Below, piece by piece: positions 49,719 to 59,924 of a stretch of 64,000 nt of DNA; the stretch's first letter is position 1; every line of letters starts with the position of its first letter. Location of the stretch: positions 3,840,001-3,904,000 of the forward strand of contig OY970399.1 of assembly GCA_963720545.1 (NCBI GenBank). The letters run 5' to 3'. This stretch comes from an uncultured Acidobacteriota bacterium (lineage in GTDB: Bacteria; Acidobacteriota; Vicinamibacteria; Fen-336). Made by a program: the position numbers and the translations under genes. A model generated the notes under the pieces. That model worked only from the letters and a program-made list of their open reading frames with translations, searched no databases and had not been told where the DNA came from.

Positions 49719-50509
49719 TTGAGGAACAGGGGCGGGAAAGTGGCGTCGACCAGCAGGGTGGCGAGGATCATGAACACCACCGAGGTCGTGGTGTTGCGGC
49801 CCACCCCCTCGGCGCCGCCACGGGTGAGCAGTCCCATGTGGCAGGAGATCATCGGGATGATGAAGCCGAAGGCGAATGCCTTCAGCAGCGAGTAGAAGAA
49901 GTCCCAGTTGTGCCAGAAGAGGCGTGCGCCGTAGAAGAACGCCTCGCTGCCGAGGCCGACTGTGGCCTGGGCCGACACCTGGCCGGCGAACAGCCCGACG
50001 CCGTTCGCGAAGCCGACCAGGAGCGGCATGCAGATGATGCCGGCGATGAGGCGCGGCGCCGCCAGCGCCGCCACCGGGTCGCGGCCGAGCGAGTAGAGCG
50101 CGTCGATCTGCTCCGAGACCTGCATGGTGCCGATCTGCGCGGTGTTGCGCGCACCCACCCGGCCGATGACCACGAACGCGGTCATAACCGGGCCGAGTTC
50201 GAGCACCACGCTGTTCGCGACCACGCTGCCGAGGATGTAGAGCGGGATGTTGCCGGTGAACTGGTAGCCGCCCTGCATCGACATGACGATGCCCGAAAGC
50301 ACCGCAGTGAGGAACACGAGCGGCGCGCTGCGCACCCCGGTTTCGTGCATTTCCGTGAAGATGTCGCGCCACGCCACCTTGCCGCGGACGGTGGCGACCA
50401 CGATCTGGCTGAACAGGCTCCATAGACCTGCGGCATGTCGGGCGGTGCCGAGAGCCACCCGGGCTATGGTGCGAAAAAAGGCCAGTAGTTTCCCGACAAT
50501 GAAGTCCAT
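49715..50509 (-). CDS. mlaE: ABC transporter permease
   Basis: ELGPVMTA, EQIDAL, GGAEGVG. Confidence 0.88.
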   Translation of the reverse strand: MDFIVGKLLAFFRTIARVALGTARHAAGLWSLFSQIVVATVRGKVAWRDIFTEMHETGVRSAPLVFLTAVLSGIVMSMQGGYQFTGNIPLYILGSVVANSVVLELGPVMTAFVVIGRVGARNTAQIGTMQVSEQIDALYSLGRDPVAALAAPRLIAGIICMPLLVGFANGVGLFAGQVSAQATVGLGSEAFFYGARLFWHNWDFFYSLLKAFAFGFIIPMISCHMGLLTRGGAEGVGRNTTTSVVFMILATLLVDATFPPLFLN

Positions 50510-50536
50510 GCGCTGGCTTTCGATTGTAGCCGGGGG

Positions 50537-51286
50537 TTAGCGCAGGTCGAAATCAGCCACGATCGGCAGGTGATCGCTGGCGATGCGGCTGACGCGCAGT
50601 TCGCAGGGACGGAAGCGGACGGAGCGGATGGGTCCCCGGTAGTACATCCGGTCGAGCTCGCCCTGGGGGAAGAACGACGGGAAGGTGGCACGCGAGCGCC
50701 GCTCGTTGCCCCTGGCCGTGCGGCCGGCCCGGCGGAAGCCCAGTTCGGTGAGCGGGCCCATCAGGAGCGACCGCCAGTCGTTGAAGTCGCCTGCCACCAG
50801 GCACGGCTGGTCTTCGCCCAGCGACTCGAACACCGCGCTGTCGCGCAATAGCTCCACCTGCAGCTCGCGCTCGCGCGCCGACAGTCCCAGGTGCAGGTTG
50901 AAGATGTCGAGCTTGCGCGCATCGGCCCCCGCACCCGGCTTGATGGCCAGCCGCGTGTGCTGGCAGCCGCGGCGCTTGCGCCTGCCGACGGTCAGGTCGA
51001 TGTGGGTCTTCTTCACGATCGGGAAGCGGCTGAGCGTGGCGTTGCCGTAACGGCCGCGCCACAACGTGACGTTGTGCGACACCGCGACGTGCGGGAAGGC
51101 GAGGGCGTCGGCGAGTTCGTGCGCGAGGTCCATCCCCCGTGAGCGCGGCACGCCTTCGTCCACCTCCTGCAGCAACACGATGTCGGGGTCGTGGTGCGCC
51201 ACGATCGAGGCGATGCGCATCGGCCGGAAGCGCCGGTCGAGCCCAATCGCGCGATGGATGTTGTAGCTGAGGACGCGGATCCTCAA
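50537..51286 (-). CDS. Endonuclease/exonuclease/phosphatase family protein
   Basis: SYNIH, LQEVD, GDFNDW, SDHLP. Confidence 0.88.
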   Translation of the reverse strand: MRIRVLSYNIHRAIGLDRRFRPMRIASIVAHHDPDIVLLQEVDEGVPRSRGMDLAHELADALAFPHVAVSHNVTLWRGRYGNATLSRFPIVKKTHIDLTVGRRKRRGCQHTRLAIKPGAGADARKLDIFNLHLGLSARERELQVELLRDSAVFESLGEDQPCLVAGDFNDWRSLLMGPLTELGFRRAGRTARGNERRSRATFPSFFPQGELDRMYYRGPIRSVRFRPCELRVSRIASDHLPIVADFDLR

Positions 51287-51293
51287 GAGGCTT

Positions 51294-52361
51294 TCACAGC
51301 CAGCCGGCGCGCTTGAACCGCCAGTAGAGCACCACGCAAATGACCGCCATCAGGGTCAGCGAGAACGGATATCCCCACGGCGAGCGAATCTCGGGCATGT
51401 TGGCGAAGTTCATGCCGTAGATGCCGGCGATCATGGTGGGCACCGCGATGATGGCGGCCCAGGCGGCCAGGCGCTTGGTGTCGTCGTTCTGCGACACGGC
51501 GATCAGCGAGAGGTTGGCCTCGAGCGCGGTGTTGAGCAGCTCGCGCTGCGAGTCGATGGTCTCGTTGATCTTGAGGACGTGGTCGTAGATGTCGCGGAAG
51601 TAGACGCGGGTCGCCTCGGGGATCGTCGGGTTGTCCCAGCGCATCAGCCGGTTCGCCACCTCGATCAGCGGCGAGACCGCGCGCTTCAGCGAGATCAGGT
51701 CGCGCTTCAGCGTGTAGATGCGGCTGGTGATGTGGCGGTCCTTGGTCTCGCCGAAGATCTGCTCCTCGAGCGATTCGAGCTCTTCCTCGAGCGCGTGCGC
51801 GATGGGGAAGTACTGGTCGACGACGAAGTCCATGAGCGCGTACAGCACGTACGCGGGCCCCTTGGTGAGCAGCGCCGGCGAGGCCTCGCAGCGCGCGCGC
51901 AGGCCGACGTGCGACTTCATCGAGCCGTGGCGCACGGTGACCACGTAGTTGCGCCCGACGAAGATGTGGGTCTCGCCGAACTCGACGTGGCAGTCGGCCG
52001 CAAGGCTGGCGGTGCGCAGCACCGTGAACAGGCCGTCGCCGTACTGCTCGAGCTTGGCGCGCTGGTGGGCGAGGTGCGCATCCTCGATCGCGAGGTCGTG
52101 CAGGCCGAAGCGGCGCTGGACCTCCTTCAGGAGCTCCTCGCTCGGCTCATACAGGCCGAGCCAGATGAAGGCGCCGTCCCTGGCGAGGTACTCGTCTATG
52201 CGCTCGAGCGGCACCTCGCCGACGCGCACGCCGTCGGCATAGGCCGCGCAATTGATGATGGCCGACTGCGCCTCGGCGGAGAGCGGCGTTGCGGGCTCGA
52301 CTTGTGGGATGGCGGACACAACGGTTGGCCGGATTGTAGGACCGGGCGAGCCGCCGTTCAA
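51294..52361 (-). CDS. corA: Magnesium/cobalt transporter
   Basis: HDLAIED, YGMNF, two C-terminal TM helices. Confidence 0.92.
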   Translation of the reverse strand: MNGGSPGPTIRPTVVSAIPQVEPATPLSAEAQSAIINCAAYADGVRVGEVPLERIDEYLARDGAFIWLGLYEPSEELLKEVQRRFGLHDLAIEDAHLAHQRAKLEQYGDGLFTVLRTASLAADCHVEFGETHIFVGRNYVVTVRHGSMKSHVGLRARCEASPALLTKGPAYVLYALMDFVVDQYFPIAHALEEELESLEEQIFGETKDRHITSRIYTLKRDLISLKRAVSPLIEVANRLMRWDNPTIPEATRVYFRDIYDHVLKINETIDSQRELLNTALEANLSLIAVSQNDDTKRLAAWAAIIAVPTMIAGIYGMNFANMPEIRSPWGYPFSLTLMAVICVVLYWRFKRAGWL

Positions 52362-53870
52362 TGACGGCGGCGCGCCTTTGGCTTGACGAGCCCCTCGTAG
52401 ACCGCCCGCCCGTCCGGGTACTGAGGGCGGTTCCCCGGCGCCTGCTGCAGGAGGGCCAGGAACTCGGGCTCGAGCGCGGGGCCGCCGAGATCCTTGACGA
52501 GCTCGATCGCCCGGGCGGCGTGGCCGAGCACCTGGACCGGTTCGAGCCCGGCGATGTCGTCGAAGAAGAAGCCGCAGCTCGCGAGCATCAGCACCGCCTG
52601 GCGGCGCGCTTCAAGCAGCGCCAGGGCGCGTTCGCGCACCTCCGCATTGCGGCGGGCCAGATGGCGCGAGTAGAAGGCCTCGTACGCGTTGCCGTCCACC
52701 GGCCGCGCCAGATCGACGGATTCGATGAGCGCCTGCGCCGGGTCCTTCAGCACCGCGGCGGCTGCCGTGGCATAGAACGCCGCGACCTGCGCCGCGGCGA
52801 AATCGACCGCCGAGCGCAGGCCCACGCGCCACTGCTGCTGCCAGCCCGCGCGGCCGGTGCTGCAGCCGCAGTTGCTGCGCCAGCGCTCGACTCCGTGCAC
52901 GCAGCTCCACGACGTGTTGGGCTCGATCTCGACCACGTCTTTCGGCGGATGCCGGCTGAGGAACTCGGCGTAGTTGGTGAGGGCGAACGACCCGGACTGC
53001 TCGATGAGGCGCGTGGCATAGCGCGAGGCCCATGTCGCCGAACTTGTGGTGGTGGCCGTAGGTCTCGCCGTCGGTTGCCACGTGCGAGAGGCGCGTGCCG
53101 CGCGCCGGGCCTTGCAGGGGCGTGGTGAGGCGTGCGGCGAAGGCGGCGCCGTCAGCCAGCAGCTTCTCGAACGCGATCGCCCGCGACGTCGGGCCGTCGT
53201 AGAAGAAGATCGCGATCTCGCGACCCGAAGGCAGCGGGCAACGGTAGGCGCGGGTGGTGTCGATCGAGGCGTTTGGAACCGCGGTGAAGGCGCCCTTGCC
53301 CTGCGGCTGCACCCGCCGCGCCTGGTGCGGCGCCAGGATCGTGAATCGCACCGAGTGGCGCGCCAGCGCCTCGAGGCTAGCCACGTCCACGGCGGTCTCG
53401 GCGAGCCACATGCCGTCGGCGGAGCGGCCGAAGCGCGAGTGGAAGTCGCGCAAACCCCAGACGACCTGCAGGTCCTGGTCGGCCGCCGACGCCAGCGGCA
53501 GGATGGCATGCGAATAGGCCTGCGCCATCGCCGAGCCGTGGCCCGAGAACCGCAGGGCGCTCTCGCCGTCGGCCGCGACGATCGCCGCATGGGTCGCGGG
53601 CGCCTTGCGCTCCAGCCAGTCGAGGAGCGTCGGCCCGAAGTTCCAGCTGATGCGCGCGTAGTTGTTCACTTCCTCGGCGACCGTACCGCCCGGCCCGAGG
53701 ATGCGGGCGTGGGCATTCGGCTCGTAGCACTCGCTGGCGATGCGCTCGTTCCAGTCGTGGAAGGGCGCCGCCGATTTCTCGGCGTCCACCTCGCCGGTCC
53801 ACGGGTTCTCGCGCGGCGGCTGGTAGAAGTGCCCGTGAATGGCCACGAGGCGCGTGGCGGCGCGCTTCAA
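52358..53870 (-). CDS. GH57 / DUF3536 glycoside hydrolase, frameshift near 53021
   Basis: HGHFYQPPRENPW, TDGETYGHH, then SWSCVHGVERW and SCGFFFDD in a second frame. Confidence 0.88.
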
Positions 53871-55819
53871 CGAGCGGCCTTGCGAGGCTGGCGGCCCGGC
53901 TTGAGGAAGACGGCGCCGAGCGGCGGCAGGGTGAGCGACAGCCTTGCCGGCCAGTCGCGATGCGACTGCGCGGTCGCCGTGGCGCCGCCGAGGTTGCCGA
54001 CTCCGCTGCCGTCGTATTCCGCGGCGTCGCTGTTCAGCACCTCGCGCCAGTAACCCTTCTTCGGCACACCCACGTGGTAGTCGTAGCGCGCCACCGGGGT
54101 GAAATTGAAGACGGCGATGATCATGTCGCCCGGTTTCTTGCCACGGCGCACCACGCTGAGGACGCTCAGCGGCGAGTCGTCGCACTCGAGCCACTGGAAG
54201 CCCTTCGGGTCGAAGTCGAGGACGCTCAGCGCCGGTTCGCGCCGGTACAGCCGGTTGAGCGACGCCACGAAGTCGCGCAGGCCGCGGTGGCTCGGGAACT
54301 CGAGCACCTCCCACTCGAGGCCGCGGTCGTGGCTCCACTCCTTCCAGGAGCCGAATTCGCTGCCCATGAACAGCAGCTTCTTGCCCGGCAGCGCCCACAT
54401 GTACGCGAACAGCAGGCGCACGTTGGCGAACTTCTGCCACTCGTCGCCCGGCATCTTGCCGACCAGAGGGCTCTTGCCGTGCACCACCTCGTCGTGCGAG
54501 AGCGGCAGCACGAAGTTCTCGTTGTAGGCGTACATCATGCGGAAGGTGAGGTCGTCGTGGTGGTGCGAGCGGAAGAACGCGTCCCACTTCAGGTACTTGA
54601 GCGTGTCGTGCATCCAGCCCAGGTCCCACTTCATCGTGAAGCCGAGGCCGCCGATGTCCACCGGCCGCGTCACCATCGGCCAGTCGGTCGATTCCTCCGC
54701 GACCGTCTGCACGTCGGGGAACGCCTTGAACACTTCGGCGTTGAAGCGCCGCAGGAACGCGACCGCCTCGATGTTCTCGCGGCCGCCGTGCCGGTTCGGC
54801 AGCCACTCGCCGGCCTTGCGCGAGAAGTCGAGGTAGAGCATGGACGCGACCGCGTCGACGCGGAAGCCGTCGGCGTGATAGTGCTCGAGCCAGAAGAGCG
54901 CGCTCGAGAGCAGGAAGCTGCACACCTCGCCGCGGCCGTAGTTGAAGATCGAGCTGTGCCAGTCGGGATGATGGCCCTGTCGCGGGTCGGCGTGCTCGTA
55001 GAGGTGCGTGCCGTCGAAGTAGCCGAGGCCGTGTTCGTCGGTGGGGAAATGCGAGGGCACCCAGTCGAGCAGCACGCCGATGCCGGCGCGGTGCAGCGTG
55101 TCCACCAGGAACATGAAGTCCTGGGGTGTGCCGTAGCGGCTCGAGGGCGCGAAGTAGCCGGTTGTCTGGTAGCCCCACGACGCGTAGTAGGGATGCTCCA
55201 TGACCGGCAGGAACTCGACGTGGGTGAAGCCCATCTCGTTGAGATAGGCCGGCAGCGTTTCGGCCAGGCCCCGGTAGGTCGGCAGCTGCTGCGGCTGCGC
55301 CGGATCCCGCCGCCACGAGCCGAGGTGCATCTCGTAGATCGAGATCGGTGCCCCGAGCGCGTTGCGCTCCGCGCGCGAGCGCAGCCACGACTCGTCCTGC
55401 CAGTCGTACGCGAGGTCCCACACGACCGAAGCGGTTTGCGGCGGCGTCTCGCAGCGCAGCGCGAGCGGGTCGGCCTTGTCCACCGTGTACCCGCCCTGTG
55501 TGGAGACGAGGTGGTACTTGTACAAGGCGCCGGCCGCAACGCCGGGGACGAACGCTTCCCAGACGCCCGAGCCGCTGCGCTGGACCATCGGGTGCCGCTT
55601 CACGTCCCAGCCGTTGAAATCGCCCGCGACGCTCACCGAGCGCGCGTTCGGCGCCCACACCGCGAAGAAGGTGCCGTCACGGCCGCCGCTGCTCACCCGG
55701 TGCGCGCCGAGCTTCTCGTGCAGCCGGACGTGCGAGCCCTCGGCGAACAGGTACAGGTCCTGGTCGCCGAGAAGCGTGCCATCGGCGAGCACCGGCAGCG
55801 GAATGCTGGCACTGGACAA
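53867..55819 (-). CDS. glgB: 1,4-alpha-glucan branching enzyme
   Basis: VWAPNA, SWGYQ, RVDAVASM, AEEST, SHDEVVHGK. Confidence 0.95.
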   Translation of the reverse strand: MSSASIPLPVLADGTLLGDQDLYLFAEGSHVRLHEKLGAHRVSSGGRDGTFFAVWAPNARSVSVAGDFNGWDVKRHPMVQRSGSGVWEAFVPGVAAGALYKYHLVSTQGGYTVDKADPLALRCETPPQTASVVWDLAYDWQDESWLRSRAERNALGAPISIYEMHLGSWRRDPAQPQQLPTYRGLAETLPAYLNEMGFTHVEFLPVMEHPYYASWGYQTTGYFAPSSRYGTPQDFMFLVDTLHRAGIGVLLDWVPSHFPTDEHGLGYFDGTHLYEHADPRQGHHPDWHSSIFNYGRGEVCSFLLSSALFWLEHYHADGFRVDAVASMLYLDFSRKAGEWLPNRHGGRENIEAVAFLRRFNAEVFKAFPDVQTVAEESTDWPMVTRPVDIGGLGFTMKWDLGWMHDTLKYLKWDAFFRSHHHDDLTFRMMYAYNENFVLPLSHDEVVHGKSPLVGKMPGDEWQKFANVRLLFAYMWALPGKKLLFMGSEFGSWKEWSHDRGLEWEVLEFPSHRGLRDFVASLNRLYRREPALSVLDFDPKGFQWLECDDSPLSVLSVVRRGKKPGDMIIAVFNFTPVARYDYHVGVPKKGYWREVLNSDAAEYDGSGVGNLGGATATAQSHRDWPARLSLTLPPLGAVFLKPGRQPRKAAR

Positions 55820-55844
55820 GATGCGCGCAGGCTAAGCTGCGGGG

Positions 55845-57152
55845 ATGAAGCGCGCAATCCCGATCCTCGCCTTCTGCTCATTGCTTTTCGCCGCGTGCGG
55901 CGACCTGCCGTCGAGCGCCGGCGGCGATCCCGGGACCGCCTCGTGCACGGTGGTGCAGGCGAACACGCTCGTCGCCAACACCATGAAGGACTGGTACTTC
56001 TGGTACCACGACCTGCCCGACGTCAACCCGGCGAGCTACGCATCGCCCGAGGCCTACCTCGAGGCTGTGCGCTTCCGGCCCATCGACGAGACCTTCAGCT
56101 TCATCGCCGGCAAGGCCGCCGACAACGCGTTCTTCTCGGACAGCCAGTTCATCGGCTTCGGCGTCGGCATCCTGTTCGTGGGCCGCGATCTCTACGTGTC
56201 GGAGGCGTACCCCGGCTCGCCGGCATCCGAAGCGCACCTTGCGCGCGGCGACCGCTTCGTCTCGATCGGCGGCAAGGCCATCGAGGAGTTGCTCACGAGC
56301 AACACCTTCAACGACGCCTTCGGCGGTGACGAAGTCGGGGTTGCGATCGATGCCGTGGTGCGCACGCCGCAAGGCGCCGAGCGCCCGGTGCACCTGGTGA
56401 AGCGGCTGGTGACCATCCCGACCGTCTCCGATACCCAAGTGTTCCAGGCCGGGCCGCGCAAGATCGGCTACGTGTTCTTCCGCAACTTCGTGGAGCCGTC
56501 CGGCCCGGCGCTGACCACCGCGTTCGCGCAGTTGAAACAAGCGGGAGCCACGGACCTCATCCTCGACCTGCGCTACAACGGCGGCGGGCTCATCTCGGTG
56601 GCGCAGCAGCTGGCGTCGCTCATCGGCGGCACCCGCACCGCCGACCAGGTGTTCGTCGCCTACACGCACAACGACAAGCACACCGACCGCAACACCCAGA
56701 CGAAGTTCCAGGACATCGCCGGTTCCCTGAACCTCGGCTCGCTGGTGGTCATCACCACCGGCGCCTCGGCGTCGGCGAGCGAGCTGATCGTGAACGCGCT
56801 GCGGCCGTTCATCCCGGTCACCATCGTCGGCGCGCGCACCTACGGCAAGCCGGTGGGGCAGTACAGCTTCGACTTCTGCGACAAGGTGCTGCACCCCGTT
56901 TCCTTCGCCACCGTGAACGCCCGCGGCGAAGGCAACTACTTCGGCGGCTTTCCGCCCGACTGCTCCGCCGCTGACGACGTCACGCACCAGATCGGCGACA
57001 CCAACGAGGCGTCGCTCGAGACCGCGCTGCGCTTCGTGAACTCGCGCTCCTGCGGTACTGCGAGCACGGCCAGAGCCGCGGCGGCAGCAGCCGCACAGAC
57101 CCGACGCGTGCCGGCGCGCGACGCGTTTCACGAGCTGATCGGCGCGTACTGA
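55845..57152 (+). CDS. S41 family peptidase lipoprotein with PDZ domain
   Basis: FAAC lipobox, DLRYNGGG, SASASE, TYGK. Confidence 0.88.
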   Translation: MKRAIPILAFCSLLFAACGDLPSSAGGDPGTASCTVVQANTLVANTMKDWYFWYHDLPDVNPASYASPEAYLEAVRFRPIDETFSFIAGKAADNAFFSDSQFIGFGVGILFVGRDLYVSEAYPGSPASEAHLARGDRFVSIGGKAIEELLTSNTFNDAFGGDEVGVAIDAVVRTPQGAERPVHLVKRLVTIPTVSDTQVFQAGPRKIGYVFFRNFVEPSGPALTTAFAQLKQAGATDLILDLRYNGGGLISVAQQLASLIGGTRTADQVFVAYTHNDKHTDRNTQTKFQDIAGSLNLGSLVVITTGASASASELIVNALRPFIPVTIVGARTYGKPVGQYSFDFCDKVLHPVSFATVNARGEGNYFGGFPPDCSAADDVTHQIGDTNEASLETALRFVNSRSCGTASTARAAAAAAAQTRRVPARDAFHELIGAY

Positions 57153-57215
57153 GCGTGCCAATTCCAATCGGTCCTTGACTTGCCGGCACGCGATCGGCGA
57201 GGCTCGACTCCAGCG

Positions 57216-57608
57216 ATGAAGAAGGCAAAAGCGCGGCCGGCACGAGAGAAGGAAGCTCCCGAAGGGCCGCATCTCAAGTCGGGCACCGCAATCGCCGCCG
57301 AGGCGCTGCGCCGCGGCGTGCTGCCCGACCGGCCGGGCACGGTGGACCGCCGCGTGCTGAACGGCAACAGCGACACCGAACGCATGCGTGTCGGCGATCC
57401 CGACGACGACGCGATGGCCAACGAGTACGTGGGCGACGAAACTCCCGGCGGCAGCGCGCCGACCCCCGACCAGAACGAGGTCGACGAAATCGGGCGCGCG
57501 TACGGCCTGCAGGACGAGGACAGCGGCACCCTGCGCAGCGCGGAGGAGGTCCTCGGCAACCGCGACCGCCACCGCAGCGAGCTGCGGCCGCCGCGCCGCA
57601 GCTCCTGA
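57216..57608 (+). CDS. DUF6335-like acidic protein
   Basis: GDETPGGSAPTPDQNEVDEIG..G, RDRHR.EL. Confidence 0.75.
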   Translation: MKKAKARPAREKEAPEGPHLKSGTAIAAEALRRGVLPDRPGTVDRRVLNGNSDTERMRVGDPDDDAMANEYVGDETPGGSAPTPDQNEVDEIGRAYGLQDEDSGTLRSAEEVLGNRDRHRSELRPPRRSS

Positions 57609-57830
57609 GCACGCCGCAGCCGCCGCCCGCGCCGCTTCCTTATCCCACGAGCCTCTGTCACAGCTGCGCCGCGCCGCCGCGCTACGTGACGAGCGACAAG
57701 GGCAGCGTCTTCATCCGTTGCCCAATCCTGAATGCCTACCCGCCGCAGCCGGTCAGCTCCTGCCCCGTGTTCGTCCCGGCCGCTTCCGCCACCTGAGCGC
57801 GCCGCGGCCGCCTTGATAGACTGGCCGCCG

Positions 57831-59612
57831 TTGAATCGGCTCGAGGTTGCGATCGCGGCGGCGCGGGAAGCGGGCGACATGCTGCGCGCGGACTTCCATC
57901 GCCACGGTGGCGCTCGCGGCAGGGGCGACAAGGCCGACGCCGACCTCGAAGCGGAGAACCACATCCGCACGCGGCTGCTGCAGGCGTTTCCCGGAGACGG
58001 CTACCTCGGGGAGGAAACCGGCCGCGTGGCGGGGAAGCCAGGCAGCCGGGTGTGGGTGGTCGACCCGAACGACGGCACCCGCGATTACCTGAAGGGCGCG
58101 CGCGGCAGCAGCGTCTCGATAGCGCTCGTCTGGCGCGGCCGGCCGGTGCTCGGCGTGGTGTTCGCATTCGCCTATCCGGACGGGCGCGGCGACCTTTTCA
58201 CATGGTCGGAGGAGGGCGGCCGGCTGGAACGAAACGGAGTGCGTATCCGCCCGCACCCGGGTGTGTCGCTCGGCGCGCAGGACACGGTGCTGGTGTCGGC
58301 GAGCGGCGCCAACGACCCGCTCACCAACCTGCGGTGCTCGGAACCGGCGCGCTTTCGCACGGTGCCGAGCATCGCGCACCGCCTGGCGCTCGTTGCCGCG
58401 GGCGAGGCGGCGGCGACCTCGTCCATCTTCGGCCCGGTGTCCTGGGACTTTGCGGCGGGCCACGCATTGCTGCGCGGCGCCGGGCGCACGCTGCTCGACC
58501 AGACGCGCACCGAGGTCGTGTACGACGATGCCGGCTGGAGCGCCACCGGCTTCGCCTTCGCGGGCTCGGAGCCGATCGCGAAGCTGCTGGCCGGACGCCG
58601 CTGGGCGCGGCGCGCCTCACCACCGCCAGCGGCCGTGGTGCCGTTCCGCCTCGAACGCGGCCGCGCCATCACCGAATCGGAAGTGCTGTCGCGGGCGCAG
58701 GGCAGCCTGCTCGCGGCGATCGCCGCCGACAACCTCGGTGCCTCGGTCGAGGGCTCGACTGCCGCGCACATCGCACCGCTCATCGGTGCCGGCAGCTTCG
58801 CGGAACTGCAGGACGGCGGCCGCTACGGCCTGCTCGCGGGCCAGCCGTCGGACGACACGGAGATGGCTCTCGTCCTGGCGCGGCTGCTGGTGACGAACGG
58901 CGAGTACGACCCGCGCGCCGCGCGCCGCGCCTATCGCGAGTGGCTGCGCACGCCGCCGCTGTCGCTCGGCTCGCGCACCCGTGCCGCCGTCGAGGGGCGC
59001 CTGGGCGACGACCAGCCGGTCGACTCGAACGGCTCACTGATGCGCGCGGCCCCACTCGGCATCTTCGGCTGGCGGCTGCGGCCGGCGGCGCTCGCGCGCC
59101 TGGCCCGCGAGGAAAGCGCCTCGACCCATCCGGGCCGCATGTGCGGCGACTCGGTGGCGGCGTACGTCATCGCGTTGGCGCATCAGGTGCGCACGGGAGA
59201 GGGCGCCGAGGCGGCCTACGCCGCGGCGCTGCGCTGGGCCGAACGCGAAGCCGTGGCTTCTGTGCGCAACACCCTGCGCCGGGCGCAGCGCGAGCCGCCG
59301 GCCGTGGACGAAGCCGCCGGCTCGGTGCTGACCGCGCTGCACGCCGCCTTTCACGCAAGCCTCACGGAAGACTCGCTGCCCGCCGCGGTCCGCAGCGTCA
59401 TCGCCCGCGGCATGCACACCGACACCAACGCAGCGGTAACCGGCGGCCTGGCCGGCGCGATGCACGGCCGCGAAGGCGTCCCCGACCAGTGGCGCCTGAT
59501 GGTCCTGAGCTGCCGCGCCCACAGCCTGCGCACTGCCCGCCCGCGCCCGCCCGCCCTGTGGCCAACCGACGCGTTGGAACTCGCCGAGCTGCTGCTCCTG
59601 GCAGGCGAGTAG
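57831..59612 (+). CDS. Inositol-monophosphatase-family / ADP-ribosylglycohydrolase fusion (start uncertain)
   Basis: GEE, VDPNDGT, WDFAAG; then SDDTEMA, SNGSLMR, THP, TDTNAA. Confidence 0.85.
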   Translation: MNRLEVAIAAAREAGDMLRADFHRHGGARGRGDKADADLEAENHIRTRLLQAFPGDGYLGEETGRVAGKPGSRVWVVDPNDGTRDYLKGARGSSVSIALVWRGRPVLGVVFAFAYPDGRGDLFTWSEEGGRLERNGVRIRPHPGVSLGAQDTVLVSASGANDPLTNLRCSEPARFRTVPSIAHRLALVAAGEAAATSSIFGPVSWDFAAGHALLRGAGRTLLDQTRTEVVYDDAGWSATGFAFAGSEPIAKLLAGRRWARRASPPPAAVVPFRLERGRAITESEVLSRAQGSLLAAIAADNLGASVEGSTAAHIAPLIGAGSFAELQDGGRYGLLAGQPSDDTEMALVLARLLVTNGEYDPRAARRAYREWLRTPPLSLGSRTRAAVEGRLGDDQPVDSNGSLMRAAPLGIFGWRLRPAALARLAREESASTHPGRMCGDSVAAYVIALAHQVRTGEGAEAAYAAALRWAEREAVASVRNTLRRAQREPPAVDEAAGSVLTALHAAFHASLTEDSLPAAVRSVIARGMHTDTNAAVTGGLAGAMHGREGVPDQWRLMVLSCRAHSLRTARPRPPALWPTDALELAELLLLAGE

Positions 59613-59613
59613 C

Positions 59614-59910
59614 CGTCATCGACGGATTGGCTCTCCGTCCCCATCCAATCCGTCGATTTTCGTTCGTTCGTTCTTTCGTTACCCAGGCGCTTGCGTCAGC
59701 GTCCGTTCCTTTGTCTAAATACTGTGTCCGGACACAGTGACCTCGAGTAGCTTCTCGCGCTACTGCGTCCGGACGCAGTTGGGTTGCAACGGGGATCCCT
59801 CGGGCGCAGCGCAAGCGTTGAACGCCCTCGGGAAAACGGGGCCAGCGCAAGCGTTGAACGCCCTCGGGAAAACGGGGCCAGCGCATAGCGCGCCAGCCCT
59901 TCGGGAACAC
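59614..59910. repeat. Repeat cluster 5: A(+), C, C, tandem B(-)
   Basis: CGTC-tagged A at 59614-59709, C at 59721-59738 and 59762-59779, one full B and two partial B copies at 59793-59910. Confidence 0.9.
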
Positions 59911-59924
59911 AGTGCGAGTCGCAG

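Noticed and set aside
52611..55658. Apparent 1015-aa glgB-GH57 fusion
   Set aside because: An alternative frame of glgB running into the GH57 gene; glgB has its own stop at 53867.
59793..59910. Tandem ~36-bp repeats resembling a CRISPR array
   Set aside because: No unique spacers and no cas genes; these are tandem partial B repeats.
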